Below the pieces are notes generated by a model. The model saw only the letters and a list, made by a program, of their open reading frames with translations, made no database searches and was not told the DNA's origin. Both the position numbers and the translations under genes were made by a program. This document shows positions 1 through 13,599 of a DNA stretch of 64,000 bases, in pieces (within the stretch, counting starts at the first letter, position 1; the number at the start of each line of letters is the position of its first letter). Location: positions 13,777,534 to 13,841,533 of the forward strand of contig NC_068987.1 in NCBI RefSeq assembly GCF_001194135.2. Reading direction: 5' to 3'. The stretch comes from Octopus bimaculoides (Eukaryota).

Positions 1-1135
1 TCCTTTCATTGTCTTTCGTGTTTCACACTGTCTGGAACTTACAGAGGTTCAGCTTAAATTGCATCAAACTCACCAGCCTGTAAAGTGCCCCCCCCAATAA
101 GTTCTGGACACTGCTCTGTCTTCCTTTAACCAAGTAATAAATGAATAAAACAAAAGAACAAACAAGCTAGTTAATTAACATGATTAAACCAACACACTTT
201 CCTACATGCACTGTTTTAGAGTATCTCATTCCAATAAAATTTGTTCTTTCATTATTGGATACTTGAGATTTACATTTTCATTGCACACAAAAGTATTTTA
301 TTTTCCTTCATAACATATTCTGACCCTTATGGAAATGCATTGTTTTATGAAGCATCTTCCTACCAAACAAAGATTGTGGTTTTATTTCATGAGATTATTT
401 GTCACTGTATCACAAAACAGCCACTTGAGGTGAATAATTACTGTTGGAACCCTTGAACTCTGTCATAATTCCACTTAGATTGAAATTCTATTTTTAAAAA
501 AAAAAACCAATTGTCTTCTCTCTTCTAGTTGTTATCTGTTGCATAGCCTTGATACTGGTACTTAGTGACTTGCTAGGTGTTAAAGTTAGAATAGAATATG
601 CAAGATTTTTTTTTTTTTTTTTTTAATGTTGCAATAATTGATCTGCATTACAAATAGCAGTTTTGCAGTTGTTTAGTACCGTGTCTGCTCTGATGAAGCA
701 GATTCATAATCAGAACAGTTCAGTCATGCCCATCTCGTTTTTTATCCCCCAGATATTGTGCCAAAAACTACAAAATCCATTATGTCTTATTTAAGATGAT
801 AAGGTATGATTTGAGGAAGCTTTGGCTGCTATTTCTAACAGGTTGGAGGCTTCCTTATGTAATTATATTTATCTCTGCCTCTCTTATAATTTAAGAACAA
901 GACAAACTAAAAACAGTTCATTCGGTTTCTTTTTTTACCTGTAATATTACTTTGGAAAGCTAGCATTCCACTAAAACTATCACAGAGAGCCAATATGTTA
1001 AACATTATATACAACCCTGCCAGAGATCTTCACTCAGTACCTAAGGAACACATAATAATTGAACCAAACACATTGTAAACGCATACCATAAGCAATCACT
1101 ATCATCACCATTTTTGCTGCTTATCATGCTGGCAC

Positions 1136-1410
1136 AGCTTAGTGAGTCTATTTCAAAACAGTGTATCTCCACTTGTGGTCCTTCATCATCTCTTTGTGAG
1201 GCTTAGCATCTTGAGATCATCCCCTACCACTTCTACTTGCATTTTCTTCTCACCTCTATTGTACAGCACTTTTTTCACCCTGTCATTCTTTATACGTATT
1301 GCATTGTCCATACCATCTCAATCTTCTATTTCGTACACTACATCAGATACCTCTGATGCCTAATTTTTCCTCTCAGCACACTTATCACTTGTAGTCTGTT
1401 TAGTTACTCC
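1136..1410 (-). mobile_element. RTE-clade LINE 3' ORF fragment, decayed
   Basis: Minus strand reads LREKLGIRGI*CSVRNRRLRWYG ... DDLKMLSLTKE ... WRYTVLK with frameshifts, typical of an RTE ORF C-terminus. Confidence 0.7.
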
Positions 1411-2029
1411 TATACACTGATATTACACATACAGCAGAGGAACTTAGTGAAGAGAGGAATAAAAGTTGGCAGTTGTTTGCTCCAGTACACAATACCTTTG
1501 CAAAATCTTCTTATCCAATCATAAATATCTCATTTTAAAAACATCACCTCTCATACCTGATCCAAGCAAACATTTTCTCATTTGTATAACTGTAACAACA
1601 ATAGCCATAGTAGGCTCAGTGCCAATCACTACCAGTAAATCCCAAGATATTGAAACTATGCATTAATTGTTGAATAGTTTCCAGATGGGTTACTGTTGAT
1701 TTTGGTCCCATGTCAGCCCTGATTGAACAGGTCCTTAATCAAATGTGCTCCAGATGTGATCATCCTGCTTTTTAGGTATCTAGTTCTTCACTGTGTAGTC
1801 ACCAAATGGTTAAGTGGTTAAGAAGTTCACTTTGCAATCACAAGATCCCAGGTTTGATCCCTCTGCATAGCATCTTAAGTCCTTCATTTCCTATGAAGCA
1901 CAGACCATCAACAACTTTTCTCCACTTTTCTAAACTCTAGGCAGTCTTTTCTGCTTCCTTTCCCTAATCTTATTGGTATTTCATTGATACTTCTGTCTTT
2001 GCTTTTTTTTTTTTTTTTTTTTCTTGGTA

Positions 2030-2190
2030 AGGATGTTGGCTCTATGCAAACTTATTTTTACCTCTGGGAAGAAGTGGTCCATATTAGTCTGGCCTCCAAC
2101 CTTTGGACTGCTCGGTGAGAGGCCCTTCCATGAGCTTGCCTTCCATAAGGACTGGACATTCTGCTGGGTGACATCTTGAGTAGTGTTGTA
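2030..2190 (-). mobile_element. RTE-like LINE fragment, decayed
   Basis: Frameshifted minus-strand RMSPSRM / VLMEGKLMEG resembles the RTE RMPDSRLPKQVLYGEL..G motif. Confidence 0.4.
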
Positions 2191-3573
2191 TTCTATAGCT
2201 TTGGGTTGATCCATGCCTTATCAATAGAATTGGGTAGATGGAAACTGTTAGAAGCCTGCTGGTTGTATTATACTTATAATTTAAAGAGGTACTATCTTGT
2301 CACACTGATTCTGCCTGAGATTTATGTTACGAGTACACATGTCTGTGAAACGTTCAACCACCTACAGAATCACCTAATGACTAGGTAGCTCTGTTCATTG
2401 AATAACTGAATTCTGAATGTCTAACAACAGAGATCCACCACCACATTGCCCAGTGTGTCCTTCCTTTTTTGAGATGGTAGACTGGGTTTGAAAACTATTT
2501 GATTTGTAATTCTTACTGGTTGAGTGACAGATTAGAGGCTCCCTCATTTACTTTTAACACCAGCTGGCTTCAGACTACCAGTACTTACAATGTTCATATT
2601 CAAATTCCAATCAAAATCTCATGGCATAAATGATAGCATGAAATTTCAGAAATATTTAAAGTTACAGATATTTTATTAAAGCATTCCCATATATCGATCA
2701 TATTGAAAATTAATTGAAATGCATAAGTTGTTTCCTCATGAGAAATTTAGTCATGATAGGGTTAAGGATGTGCAACTAAATGGTTACTAAGGTGTTGTAA
2801 ATATCTTTGGCCAGATAGTTCTACATATGGTACTTACTATAAATGTCAATTGCCAACTGAAGTATTTACAGTCAGCATTTATGGCTAAATGATTGCCAAT
2901 CAATTTGTTCATTATAGCATTGAATTCTATTTCAGTGTTGCAGTGTCTTTATATAGACCATATAGCTCTAATTTTCTCAGTCTAGAAACTGTCCAGCTTG
3001 ACAGTAAAAGTGATTGTATGTTTCCATGGATGAGTGAATAAGATGATAGCCTCATGTATATATATTTATATAAGCACACCTATGTCCTGTCTCTGGATAC
3101 TGTAACAAGATTGGTCAAATCTCTGGACAGTTGTACAGTGGCTGGCAGAACAAGTAGGAACGGAGAAAAACTTTGAATGAGCTGGAAAATAGCATATAGT
3201 TTGTTGATGGTAGTGTTTAGCCCTATGTTTATCCAACAGGCTTATGACCCAAAGGCAATCTGGTTGTGACCATCCCACATTTTTATATATCTGGCACTAC
3301 TATGATCACTATTTATCCTAAATGCTCATGCTTGTTTTCAGACTTTTAATTAGCCCTTTTTTTTATATATTCCAAGTAGCACAAAATTTTTCTTTCATAA
3401 ATCCAAAAGTTACCCTGTGGGCTAAAAAAAAAAAATTGTGATTATGTAACATATATGATGCATGAATGTCAGGGAAATATCTCCTGTAAATCACACGTGG
3501 CACACGGAACTGGTAAAGAGTCATAACTCTAGCTTCCTGATTGACTCATGGCATCTAGTTTGTTAATTTACAT

Positions 3574-3836
3574 CAGTGGTTCTCAACCAGGGCCCACATG
3601 ATCCTTTGGTGGTGATCCATATAAGATTTTGTTGTTAAAAATTAGGTGCAATAAATTGGTTTTATTTCTAAAACACACAAAACATTTTAACACTTTTTTT
3701 ATACAATTCCTAATAATATTTAATTATAAAAATATAATAGGATTTTTTAAACATAAAATAGCTATTAGGGTCCACCTGAGTAAAATAGGAATCAGGAGGA
3801 GCCCATATGTAACAAAACAATGGTTGAGAACCATTG
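3574..3836. mobile_element. hAT (Charlie-like) MITE
   Basis: TIRs CAGTGGTTCTCAACC / GGTTGAGAACCATTG; 8-bp TSD atttacat / agttacat (7/8). Confidence 0.8.
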
Positions 3837-4236
3837 AGTTACATTATTCTTAGAGGTTCTGTAAAGGATCACAGGTACTGCTCTCCTCCTCTACAAAAAA
3901 AAATGAAGAATAGATATTTACAGTCATTGAATTAAGAATAACAAAGATCAATGAGATTGAGAAGTTGATTATAAATAACTTCTTTCTTCTTCAGGAATAA
4001 AGTAAGATGTGATACTGCATGTGTCAGAGGAATTCCTACACAAGAATTGTTGTATATCTTTATTAATCCTTTTCTTTCTCTTTCACAAAGTTAAATTTAA
4101 TCAAAAATTTGAATGTTTTGTCAGTGCTAAATCCATTAGGCACCACAAAGAAGGTATAAGAAATTTTGTCTTAACCAATATTTTTGCACCAAATTCCCTT
4201 AAAATCCCTACTAAGAAATCATTTCTCCCTTTAGGG

Positions 4237-4520
4237 CAATGGTTCTCAAGCATTTTTACATATACACCCCTTCGATTACTGTTTTACCTGGATGGACCCC
4301 ACAGCCATTTGATGTTTAAAAACCTGTTTTATAGATATTTCTGTTAAAATTCCTATTTTGTTATTCATACAGGTTGAGCTGTGTAAAATGTTAGAGAAAA
4401 AAACCCAGCTGCTTTCTTGCAATACATATTTCAATCAAAACTTTACATGGACACTTAAAATACTACCATGGATCTTCAATTTACTATTTTGCTAGTGTAG
4501 ACCCCTGTTGAGAACCATTA
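4237..4520. mobile_element. hAT MITE
   Basis: TIRs CAATGGTTCTCAA / TTGAGAACCATTA; 8-bp TSD ctttaggg / ctctaggg (7/8). Confidence 0.75.
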
Positions 4521-4840
4521 CTCTAGGGTTTCCTTACTCCCTAAATTCGCCAATATTTCAAACATTCCAAGTGTCATCATCATTGTTTTAATGTTCACTT
4601 TTCTGTACTTGCATGGGTCAGACAGAATTTTCTCAAGGCAGATTTTTACAGGTCCTTCCTGTCACCAGCTCTCACTTCTTTCCAAGCATAGTAATATTGC
4701 TCCATAACCAGACATGTTTTCATGGAAGATTGGAAATTAATGATAGTACTTGTATGATGGTGATGCTCATTTACCATTTTCATGTGATATTGAGACATGG
4801 AGGTACAGCCACTACACATTCTTTATTTTCTCTCCTTGTT

Positions 4841-4878
4841 TCTTTCTGTGGAAGAGCATGGGCTCGAAACGTTAAAGA
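4841..4878 (+). ncRNA. Minimal hammerhead-ribozyme-like motif (variant core) within a Penelope-LTR-like repeat (~4830-4965)
   Basis: Stem I TCTTT/AAAGA, core CTGTGGA+A, stem II GAGC-ATGG-GCTC, then GAAA and palindromic AACGTT. Confidence 0.55.
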
Positions 4879-5215
4879 CTTTTTCACTTCCCAAGCATTA
4901 AACTAATACATCTGTTTGTTGTCGACACCACCTGTCTTCGTCTTTTATTTTTTTTTTGTGAATTCTCCCCTACATACACAGCTAGCTTATTTCAGTTTTT
5001 GTTTACCAAATCCATTCACAAGATTTTGGTAAGCCTGGAACTATAATAGGAGACACTTGCTCAAGATAGCATGCAGTGGAACTGAATCCAAAACCGTGTG
5101 GTTGGAGAGCAAATTTCTCAATCATACAGTTGAATAATAAAATTATGAATATAGAATTTAGCACAAAAGTTATTCAAAATTGTATTTGCATATAAACCAT
5201 TTGCAAGACTATGAG

Positions 5216-5434
5216 GCGGCGAGCTGACAGAAACGTTTGCATGCTGAGCAAAATGCTTAGCGGTATTTCGTCTGCCGTTACGTTCTGAGTTCAAATTCCA
5301 CCGAGGTCTACTTTGCCTTTCATCCTTTCGGGGTTGATGAATTAAGTACCAGTTACGCACTGGGGTCAATGTAAGCGACTTAACCCGTTTGTTTGTCCCC
5401 TCTATGTTTAGCCCCTTGTGGGCAATAAAGAAAT
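5216..5434 (+). mobile_element. tRNA-derived SINE (family with gcctttcatcctttcggggtcgat core), young full-length copy
   Basis: Perfect 11-bp TSD aagactatgag (5205-5215, 5435-5445); B-box-like GAGTTCAAATTCC; many related copies in the window. Confidence 0.85.
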
Positions 5435-7506
5435 AAGACTATGAGACTTTCACCACCACAATAAGTTTTAACGAGTGTTATCATTTTGTTCCTCTCTTAG
5501 TTTGTGACAGACAGCTATCATGCAGAAAATGCACAGCTTCCAATTCCTGTTTTCTGATTGGACTAAAAATTATTAAACTTTGAATCTCTGTAACATTTTT
5601 CTAAATTTTTGTGGGAATAAATGAATCCTGAATTTAGATTCAGCATGAAAAATTACATCAGTATCCCGAATTTGAAAATTTTTACTTAATCTCAAACTTT
5701 CCAAATTTTTGACAGCAACCAAAAAGATCTGGAAACCTAGTCACAGAGTCTGCACTGGAGTGTTTCTTTGCAGTGTTTTCACTTGGTAGGCTTGAAACTT
5801 ACCATCTGGAAGGTGCTCATGTGCATTAACAATGTAAGTAAAATGGATTTGCTTCATTCAAAAAGACAAAGCAAGATTGTGAGATTTTGCTGTTTGGAAC
5901 TCAGTAAACACTTTTGAATTAAAAAGTACATTCATTGTTTATACAAAACAGGGACAACTGAAGCCATTGAGAGGGGCTTCAACATGTTACTTAGTCTGCT
6001 AGAAATAGTAAACTTTGCTCAAATCACATTTGCAGATCAATGCTGCGTGGTTAAGAAGTTTGCTTTGTAACCATATGGTTCAGTCCCCTGCATGCCAACT
6101 TGGGCATGCATTTTCTACAATAGCTCCTATTCAAACAATATCTTGTGAATGAATAAATGAATTTGGCAGATGGGGAAACTGCTTAAAAGCCTGTCATATG
6201 TATATATATGTGTGCATTTTTGTGTTTGCCTTTCACCACTTGACAACTGGTGTTGGTTTGTTTGTATTCCAGAAACTTAACAGTTTGACAAAAAGAGACT
6301 AGCAAACTTTTAAAAAATTACTATGGGCATTGATTTAATGGGCTAAACCCCTTCTAAAGCAATACTTCAATATGGCCACAGTCTGATGACAAACAAGTAA
6401 AATATTTATCTTTTAAAAAGAGAAAAAAAGGCAGTCACAGCTGGAATACCTTTTCTTATAGATCTTCCCCAATCAAGGATGACCTGGTCTTAGCAACAAA
6501 TAAAAATACTGCCTACTTACTATGTGAATGGACCCAGCAGGAGGTCAGTGTCATCTAACAGTACAATGGATGGTCTTCTTACTACACTCTGCCCCAGTAT
6601 GCATTCTAATGACAGCAAAAGTTTGTAGAGGAGGAACTAGCAGTGACTGCTGCTGAATTATCATTAAAACCATTGACTGTGTGTGTTTGTAGAGCTGATG
6701 GGTGGGAGATCTGTCAGATAATAAGAACCTGAACATAAGTGTGTGTGTGGAGTGGAGAAATATGACAGGAAACTTGTTTAGATACACAAGATTAGCTTTT
6801 GTAATGAGTGCAGCAAAGATATATCAGAAATAAGTAGAAGAATTCACTACTCAAGTTAGTGGCTGAATACACCATTTGGTGTAAGAACCAACCGCTACTT
6901 GTTTGTGGTTTAATAAGATTGTATTTAATTGGATTACTTCAGTTTTGTTTTTTGGGGTTTGTTTTGGGTTTTTTTTTTTTTTGTTACTGGTTTTAGTCAT
7001 TGGACTGCAGTCATTCAAAAGCTTCAGTCAAACATTGGCGTCGGTACGTCATTTGGTACTTATATTACCAACCTTATAAGCAAAGACAGGTTAAGTCAGC
7101 CACAGTGTAAAGCAGTGGTTCCAACCCTGAAGTACTTCCACCCGCTAGTGGATGCAAGATTACAAGATACCATTCCAAGAGCTGTAATGAAGAGACAAAG
7201 TATATAGTTTATTAAAATCACTTTTTAGAATAAAATTATTAACTCTCAAAAAATATCTCTGTTCTATTAAGCACACCAAGAATTTTATTCTTCCTCAATA
7301 CTATAAGAAGTTCATCATCATTATTTTAATGCCCATGTGTCCATCCTTGCATGAGTCAGGCCGAACTCATTGCAGCAGATTTTATACAATCGAATACTCA
7401 TGCCGTCATTTGTTCCAAAGCAAGATAACTTTGATGGGTTTCAGCCAGTATAGACCCAGGCCATGTCTAACTTAATAGCACCACCTGGTAAGGATTGAAA
7501 GACATT

Positions 7507-7611
7507 TACAACACCTAGGCTTCCCAAGCAGTCACCCATCTAAGTACTAACTAGGCTTGATGTTGCTTAACTTCGGTAATTAGATGAGAACTGGTGTTTT
7601 CAACATGATAT
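7507..7611 (-). pseudogene. 5S rRNA-derived sequence (pseudogene or head of a SINE3-like insert spanning ~7433-7611)
   Basis: Reverse complement ATATCATGTTGAAAACACCAGTTCTCATCTAATTACCGAAGTTAAGCAACATCAAGCCTAGTTAGTACTTAGATGGGTGACTGCTTGGGAAGCCTAGGTGTTGT aligns to invertebrate 5S from about nt 11; differences are mostly CpG transitions. Confidence 0.9.
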
Positions 7612-9209
7612 TTCTCTATTGGCCAGACATGTTTTCCATGGAAGATCAGAAATGAACATCATCACTTGTAGGAGAGCTGTAAATGAGTTCCACCATTAAC
7701 TGGAAGTTAAAACCCTGTGGCAGACTGACATCTGCTTCAAGGGATGTTGTAATCTCAGTCACCTATATGTCAGATTAAGAGCTGGCCCTATGAGTCCTAG
7801 AGCTCATAACAGGCCTAAGCATAACTCAATTGAATCAGTAAACCTGAGAAAGCATATTTCTTATTTTTTACTTGTTTCAGTCATTTTACTGCAACCATGT
7901 TGGGTTACTGCCTTGAAGAATTTTTAGCCAAATTAATCAACCCCACCTTAAATTCAAAGCAGTCAAAGGGAATTATTAGGAGTAGCTTTTCATAACATCA
8001 AAACGAATTCATTCTCTTTGCCAAATGGTAGATTGTATAATGCATGTAATTGAATGAAGTGTGATACTGTATGTCACTGAACACAGAAGACTTGTAATTT
8101 GTGAAGAAGGAATCATGATGGAATATATTTTGGGTGCTCAAGATGAAGTATCACTATTGAGCTGAATGCAGTTGAGCTAGTGATAAAATATGCAAACAGT
8201 TGAAATTTGGATCAGTTCTCACAAAAATTAGTTTAGTTAGTAAAAGATTGGATCATGTATTCTGTTAGGTGTTTAATCTTGTTTATTAAGATGAACTGAA
8301 AATGTGTTCAAATTTTATCCAACTTCATGATGCTAGGTCTCACAGGAAAAGTAAAAGGAATATGCATGTATATGTTTATATATGTATGTTTACATATATG
8401 TGTGTTTGCATATATATATATTTGTGTATGTTTACACGTTTGTATATATATATATATATATTTGTGTGTATATATATATATATATATTTGTGTATGTTTA
8501 CACATGTTTGTATATGTAAATATATTTATATATTTGTGCATGTATTGCCAGAAGGGAAACCGTTACTCATATACATGAAGAGAATAGAAATAGAGAAAAA
8601 AAAATAGATATTAAACAATCGACAACAGCAGATGGTCTACTAATACCGTAACAGTGTTTCTCAATTGCTTTGAACTACTTTTCCATCGTCACAATTTCTT
8701 TTAACTTTAACTTTGTTTCATAACACACTACCACAATATCAACATGTTTTGTAAATATTTAAACCCTGAATGTTTTCCACTACATTTTTCGGGTGTGATG
8801 AAAATAGTTGATATATAAATTCTTATTTATAACAAATTAAAGTAATAACCTATAAATTCTCTCCGTCTTCTAACATTACTTTTTCTTTCTCATTTTCAGC
8901 ATATGTTTTTTGCATTTCTTTCTAGAAAACACACACACACACACATTTATATATATATACTATGAACATTCACAACCAAATTAAACTATCACTGTGATGT
9001 AAACCAATTGTATAATAGTAATAAGCAACTGAAAAAGCTATTTGTATTTTCTGTTTTAATTACTGATATGTACCTTTAATATCATTACTTATTCACTTAA
9101 TATAGAGCATCTGGTTTTGGCCTTAACTGAGCCATTTCAATTACATTCTTCATTTCTTAGATGGCTATTTCAATTCTAAGTCTCCAGAAAACAATCACAC
9201 ATTTCTTAA

Positions 9210-9423
9210 CCCTTTGGCATTCAGATTACTCAGTCAAATGTAATTTTTACTCACATTGGTTTGAATTAATCATGGCTTATTTCAGAGCTTCGGTATTTCA
9301 GTGACATGATTAAATTTTTAAATGACATTGTAGGGTAGGTATAAGAAGCCAGTTCTGGCTGGTTTGAACATGAAGACAAATATAATATTTTGGCTGGATA
9401 TGGCCAGATTAAATGTTAAAGGG
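9210..9423. mobile_element. piggyBac-type MITE, family 1
   Basis: TTAA-CCCTTTGGCATT ... AATGTTAAAGGG-(C)TAA; homologous to the copies at 28200, 40617 and 41761. Confidence 0.75.
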
Positions 9424-9589
9424 CTAATAATAATTTTTTTTTTTCTTAATTTTTAAATCTAGTTTAATGCAGAATTGTCTGATTGTTGCTTTAATTAATT
9501 TATACTACCAATTTCTTTTATATTAATTAAATAAAAATTAATGTGTATTAATACCTTATACATTCTTTTATATATATATATGTATATAA

Positions 9590-10040
9590 GCACAGTCATG
9601 TCTGCAGGGTTGAAGAATTTACTTTACACTCAAATGGTTTGGTTTTCAGTCCTACTGTGCAACACTTTGGGCAACTGTCTTCTATTATAGCTTCTCTCCA
9701 ACACAAGCATTCTGAGTGAATTCTGTAGGTGGAAACTGAAAGAATCCTCTCGTGTGCGTGTTTGTGTCTCCTCGTCTGGACAACATACACTTGTTGTAAA
9801 CAAACATCACCATTATACAGTGTTATTCATTTGCAATCTTCCATTAAAACATGTCCAGCTATTGTGCTGCTCACAAAACATTTTCCAGCCATTGTGCTAC
9901 TCATCTTTGAAGGACTAGAGAAAATATTACCTTGCTTAGAGGCAGGAAGAGCATCCAGCTGTTGAAAACCTGACTCAATAAATCTCATCTAATTCATGCA
10001 AGCATGGAAAAATGGTTATTAAAATAATGAATGATGAGGA
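9590..10040 (+). mobile_element. tRNA/CORE-like SINE with RTE-type 3' tail, degenerate
   Basis: Head and core (ctttgggcaactgtcttcta) plus the ggaagagcatccagc...catgcaagcatggaaaa...atgatg tail. Confidence 0.6.
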
Positions 10041-13000
10041 CACTATATTTCTTCTACATTTTGATTACTTGTTCTTGTTTAACCCTGGGTCTGCCCTCAT
10101 TGAGTAGACTTACAATTAAAGGAATTCCAGCTGGGACCATTTGGTTTCCACCCCAACAAAAGATTTTAGAATATGAATTGAGGAAATTTTGTGTACTATT
10201 TCTAGTGACTTGAGTGGCCACATAGCGGTTTCATTGCAGTTTGTATCTTCATATGGTGCCAGTTTCATAATTAGATACAGCCTTTGAGAGGTACATATCT
10301 TTTCCCAGTGACACACCAGCACTGGTGATGGGGCCGGGGGAGCTGACTGACTTAAACATCTGCATTTCTCCTTATATGTACAGAGTATTTCTTTAAAGAA
10401 GGAGCATTGCTTTTTTTTTTTTTTTTTTTTTTTTTTCTGTTTCATGATATTCATGTTGTCTTTTACCTGTGTCTGCTATAAACATTTATCAGGATCTGTA
10501 AAGTGAAGTAAACCTGCCAAATGTTGATTAAGCCAAAAGTCCATGTTCCTTAACATGAATTATAAAATTAATTGTTTGGTAAATATTATCAACATGTGTA
10601 GGTATGCGTGGGTGTTTTCGCATTTCAAATGTGAAGATATCAACATAAAAATAGCTTTTGAAGATTTCATTTCGTGTCGTTCATTGTGTGGGGTTGTTGT
10701 TTTTTTTCTTTTTCTTTTTTTTTTACCAGTTTATTTATGCATGTATTTCAGTACGTTCCTTTTCTAATAATCTCTTGCGTTGTATTTTTCTTTGGCTTCA
10801 TGCGCTCTGCTTTCTGAAGTGTTGTTCTTCCACTCCAGCAAGGGAAGGGAAGAGGTAAACACAGCTTGTTTGCTCAACCTCAAACTTTTCTATCAATTTC
10901 GAGTTTTGTCAGTATTTTACTGTGAAAGCCTTTCAGCTGAGATGAGTGCTGTTCAAGGATAAACATATTGAAGAACTTAAAGCTGAGGGATCGGGTTTTG
11001 AAAGGTTAAGTAAATGTAGAAAATACAGCGAGAGAGAGTGCATGTGTGTGTGTGTAAGAGAAGGAGAGGAAGATATTAATAATATATAGTGAATATTTTA
11101 GTCATTAATTTAAAAGAATATAATTAAATGAATTTCAAATCATTGTAATATATATTCACATGGTTAGCTTGTTTTACCAAATGAACACACAAGACTCTTT
11201 GCTAGTTAAACAGCAATTTTCACCAAAGAAAATTTAAAGCTATATGAACTGAAAATGCTTTTTTAAAATAATATTTTCTTTAATTAAATCTGATGGATGT
11301 ATACTTAAGAATTGATTTTATCTCATGCAGACATATATCTGTAGCAAGTTGTCATTATAAATACATATGTTTGCAATAAATTGAGTTGAAGAAGAGACTG
11401 TTTTGAGATTGATGTAAAGCGATAAGGAAAACCAAGGTATTTTAAATAGATTAGCAAATATCTCAATTGGATGATGACAAGCGAATTGTCACTTGATAAA
11501 AGATACTAAGTTGTCTCTGTTAATTATTTTGGCAATTTTCTTTTTTTCTTTCTAATTCCCGTTTTAAACCTAGTTTTCATGTAGAATGGTTGTTGAGCAT
11601 TTCTATATCGTTAAAGCAGTTGATCTGATAGTTTGATGCTCTCCCTACTGTTAATAAGAGTGGAACCTATTTGTCAGTCAGGCAAACAATGTTTGTGCTT
11701 TTACTAGGAACTATTTCTCCTCTGCATAACTGCTGATCCTCTACAAGGTACATTGCACCACACACATACAAGCTTACTAAACACATATGTGGAATAGAGT
11801 TGCTGCTATACACATGAACATTCCAGGCTGCATCTTAAAAAAAAAGCCTTTGCCTTTCCCAACATCAGTGGCGTGGAGAGGGTAACTTTCTAGGTGCAAT
11901 CCTATGGTCATCCATGACCGAAGGGGGTCTTTACCCTTTACATTGCATTATATTAATTAAAAGAAATTCAAAGAATTCTCTGAAATAAAAAAACCGAAAC
12001 TCATTACTGGGAGTAAGTTGATCCTTGTTAACTGAAAGAAATATAATAAACGGAAGTTTGACCTAAAAATAACTGGGAGTGGAGAAGTCCCCAAAGACCA
12101 CTTTTTTTACTCAATTTTTGAAACATTTGGATGGCAAAAACTGTTTGGCTCCTTTCATTCTTAACTAAGGTTGAGGATCACATACATGAACCCACCAAAA
12201 TGGAGAATAAAGTGTTGAAAATTCATCAGATTGAGTGACTATAACTGCAACATGGCAATGCTTAAGTGAAGACTTAATCTCGGAAACAAGAGCCACTCTA
12301 CCAAAATGACTGAAGCATCGAAATATTCCAAGCATTAGAAAGCTGATAAGTTTTGTTGTAAACCATCTCACTAACACACAACAGATGCTGAGAGATCAAA
12401 GTTTGGAGACTTAAAACTATCAGCATATGCATGTAAAGCCTAGAATACAGCCAGCAGTCACTCATGAGTGGGTATGGCTCACTTGCTTTTACTATGCTTT
12501 TTTTTTAAATTGTTTTAGATACATCTGTAGTCTCAAGCAGACATACACCTTCTTTCCTTTGGCCCAGTAGAATATCCAACACATAGCAGCTGGAGAATGA
12601 GTGGTCTGCACCAACACATGCCCAGTACACATTACAACAGAGTAGACTGGAGCAATGTAAAACAAAGTGGACACAACACACCACCCAATCCAAGAATTGA
12701 ACTCATGATCTTATGCTCATGAGCCAAACACCCTAACCACTAGACTATCGACCTTCACTGTAAAAACTATATATATTTCATTTCCCATTACCTCCCAAAC
12801 ATTGTAATATACTACTTCAGTGATACAAAGTCAAGTTAGCAACAGGGAGAGCACCCAGCTTTAAAAACAATGCTTCAGTACATATTGGTCATGCCTATGC
12901 TAGAATGGGAAGAAAAAATTGGACATAAAACAATGGACAAATCCCAACATTAATTATTCAGGTTGCTTCAATATTATAAGTTTGTTCCATTAATATTTAT

Positions 13001-13599
13001 ATTTCCTGTTGAGGAAGTTGACACATTGCAAGCCATTCCTAGTGCAAGTAATTAGTAACCTATTCAAGAAGCTCTGACTCAACCCAGCATTGAAGGATTT
13101 ATGAAGTTATTCAATTTGCTAGATTTGGGAGCCAATTCTTTCTCATTCCCGATCATCTTAGGTAAAGGATACATTTAACAATTTAGTCTTGAATATACAA
13201 AATAGACAGGAGAGTCTCAGCTAGAATATTTTTGATCATGGCTTATTCAATCAGAGATGAGTTGAGACTTAACAACAACATTATTATTATTATTATTATT
13301 AAGGTGGCAAGCTAACAGAATCATTAGCACGCCGGGCAAAATACTTAGCAGTATTTCGTCTACCGCTCCGGACATTCAACTTGTTTTGGTAAAAGTACAT
13401 TTTGGCACTGGAGGTAAATTTGCATTTATGCACACAAATATACCCCTACAGATAGAGAGAGGGAGAGAAAGAATGACATTACACATGCAAACATAATTAG
13501 ATCTTCACACACATAAAGAGAGAGAGAGAGAGAGAGACATTAGACATAAACATGAATATAATTAGATATATAAACTGAGTAGGGGAGAGAATGAGAGAA

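Noticed and set aside
690-720. CTGATGAAGCAGATTCATAATC hammerhead-like start
   Set aside because: The stem II 3' arm is incomplete and GAAA is absent.
3066-3278. ORF with faint resemblance to a Gypsy integrase zinc-binding region
   Set aside because: Similarity is too weak to call without a search.
8302-8607. Overlapping YI/CV-rich ORFs, also seen at 35975, 49066 and 50506
   Set aside because: Compound TA/TG microsatellites.
10116-10454. 112-aa minus-strand ORF and overlapping short frames near a gtaagt donor
   Set aside because: No recognisable homology, it begins in a poly-A tract, and a stop precedes the donor.
10780-11010. Exon-like segments with splice-like borders (KDKHIEELKAEGSGFER)
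   Set aside because: All three frames have stops after the acceptor; no linked exons could be supported.
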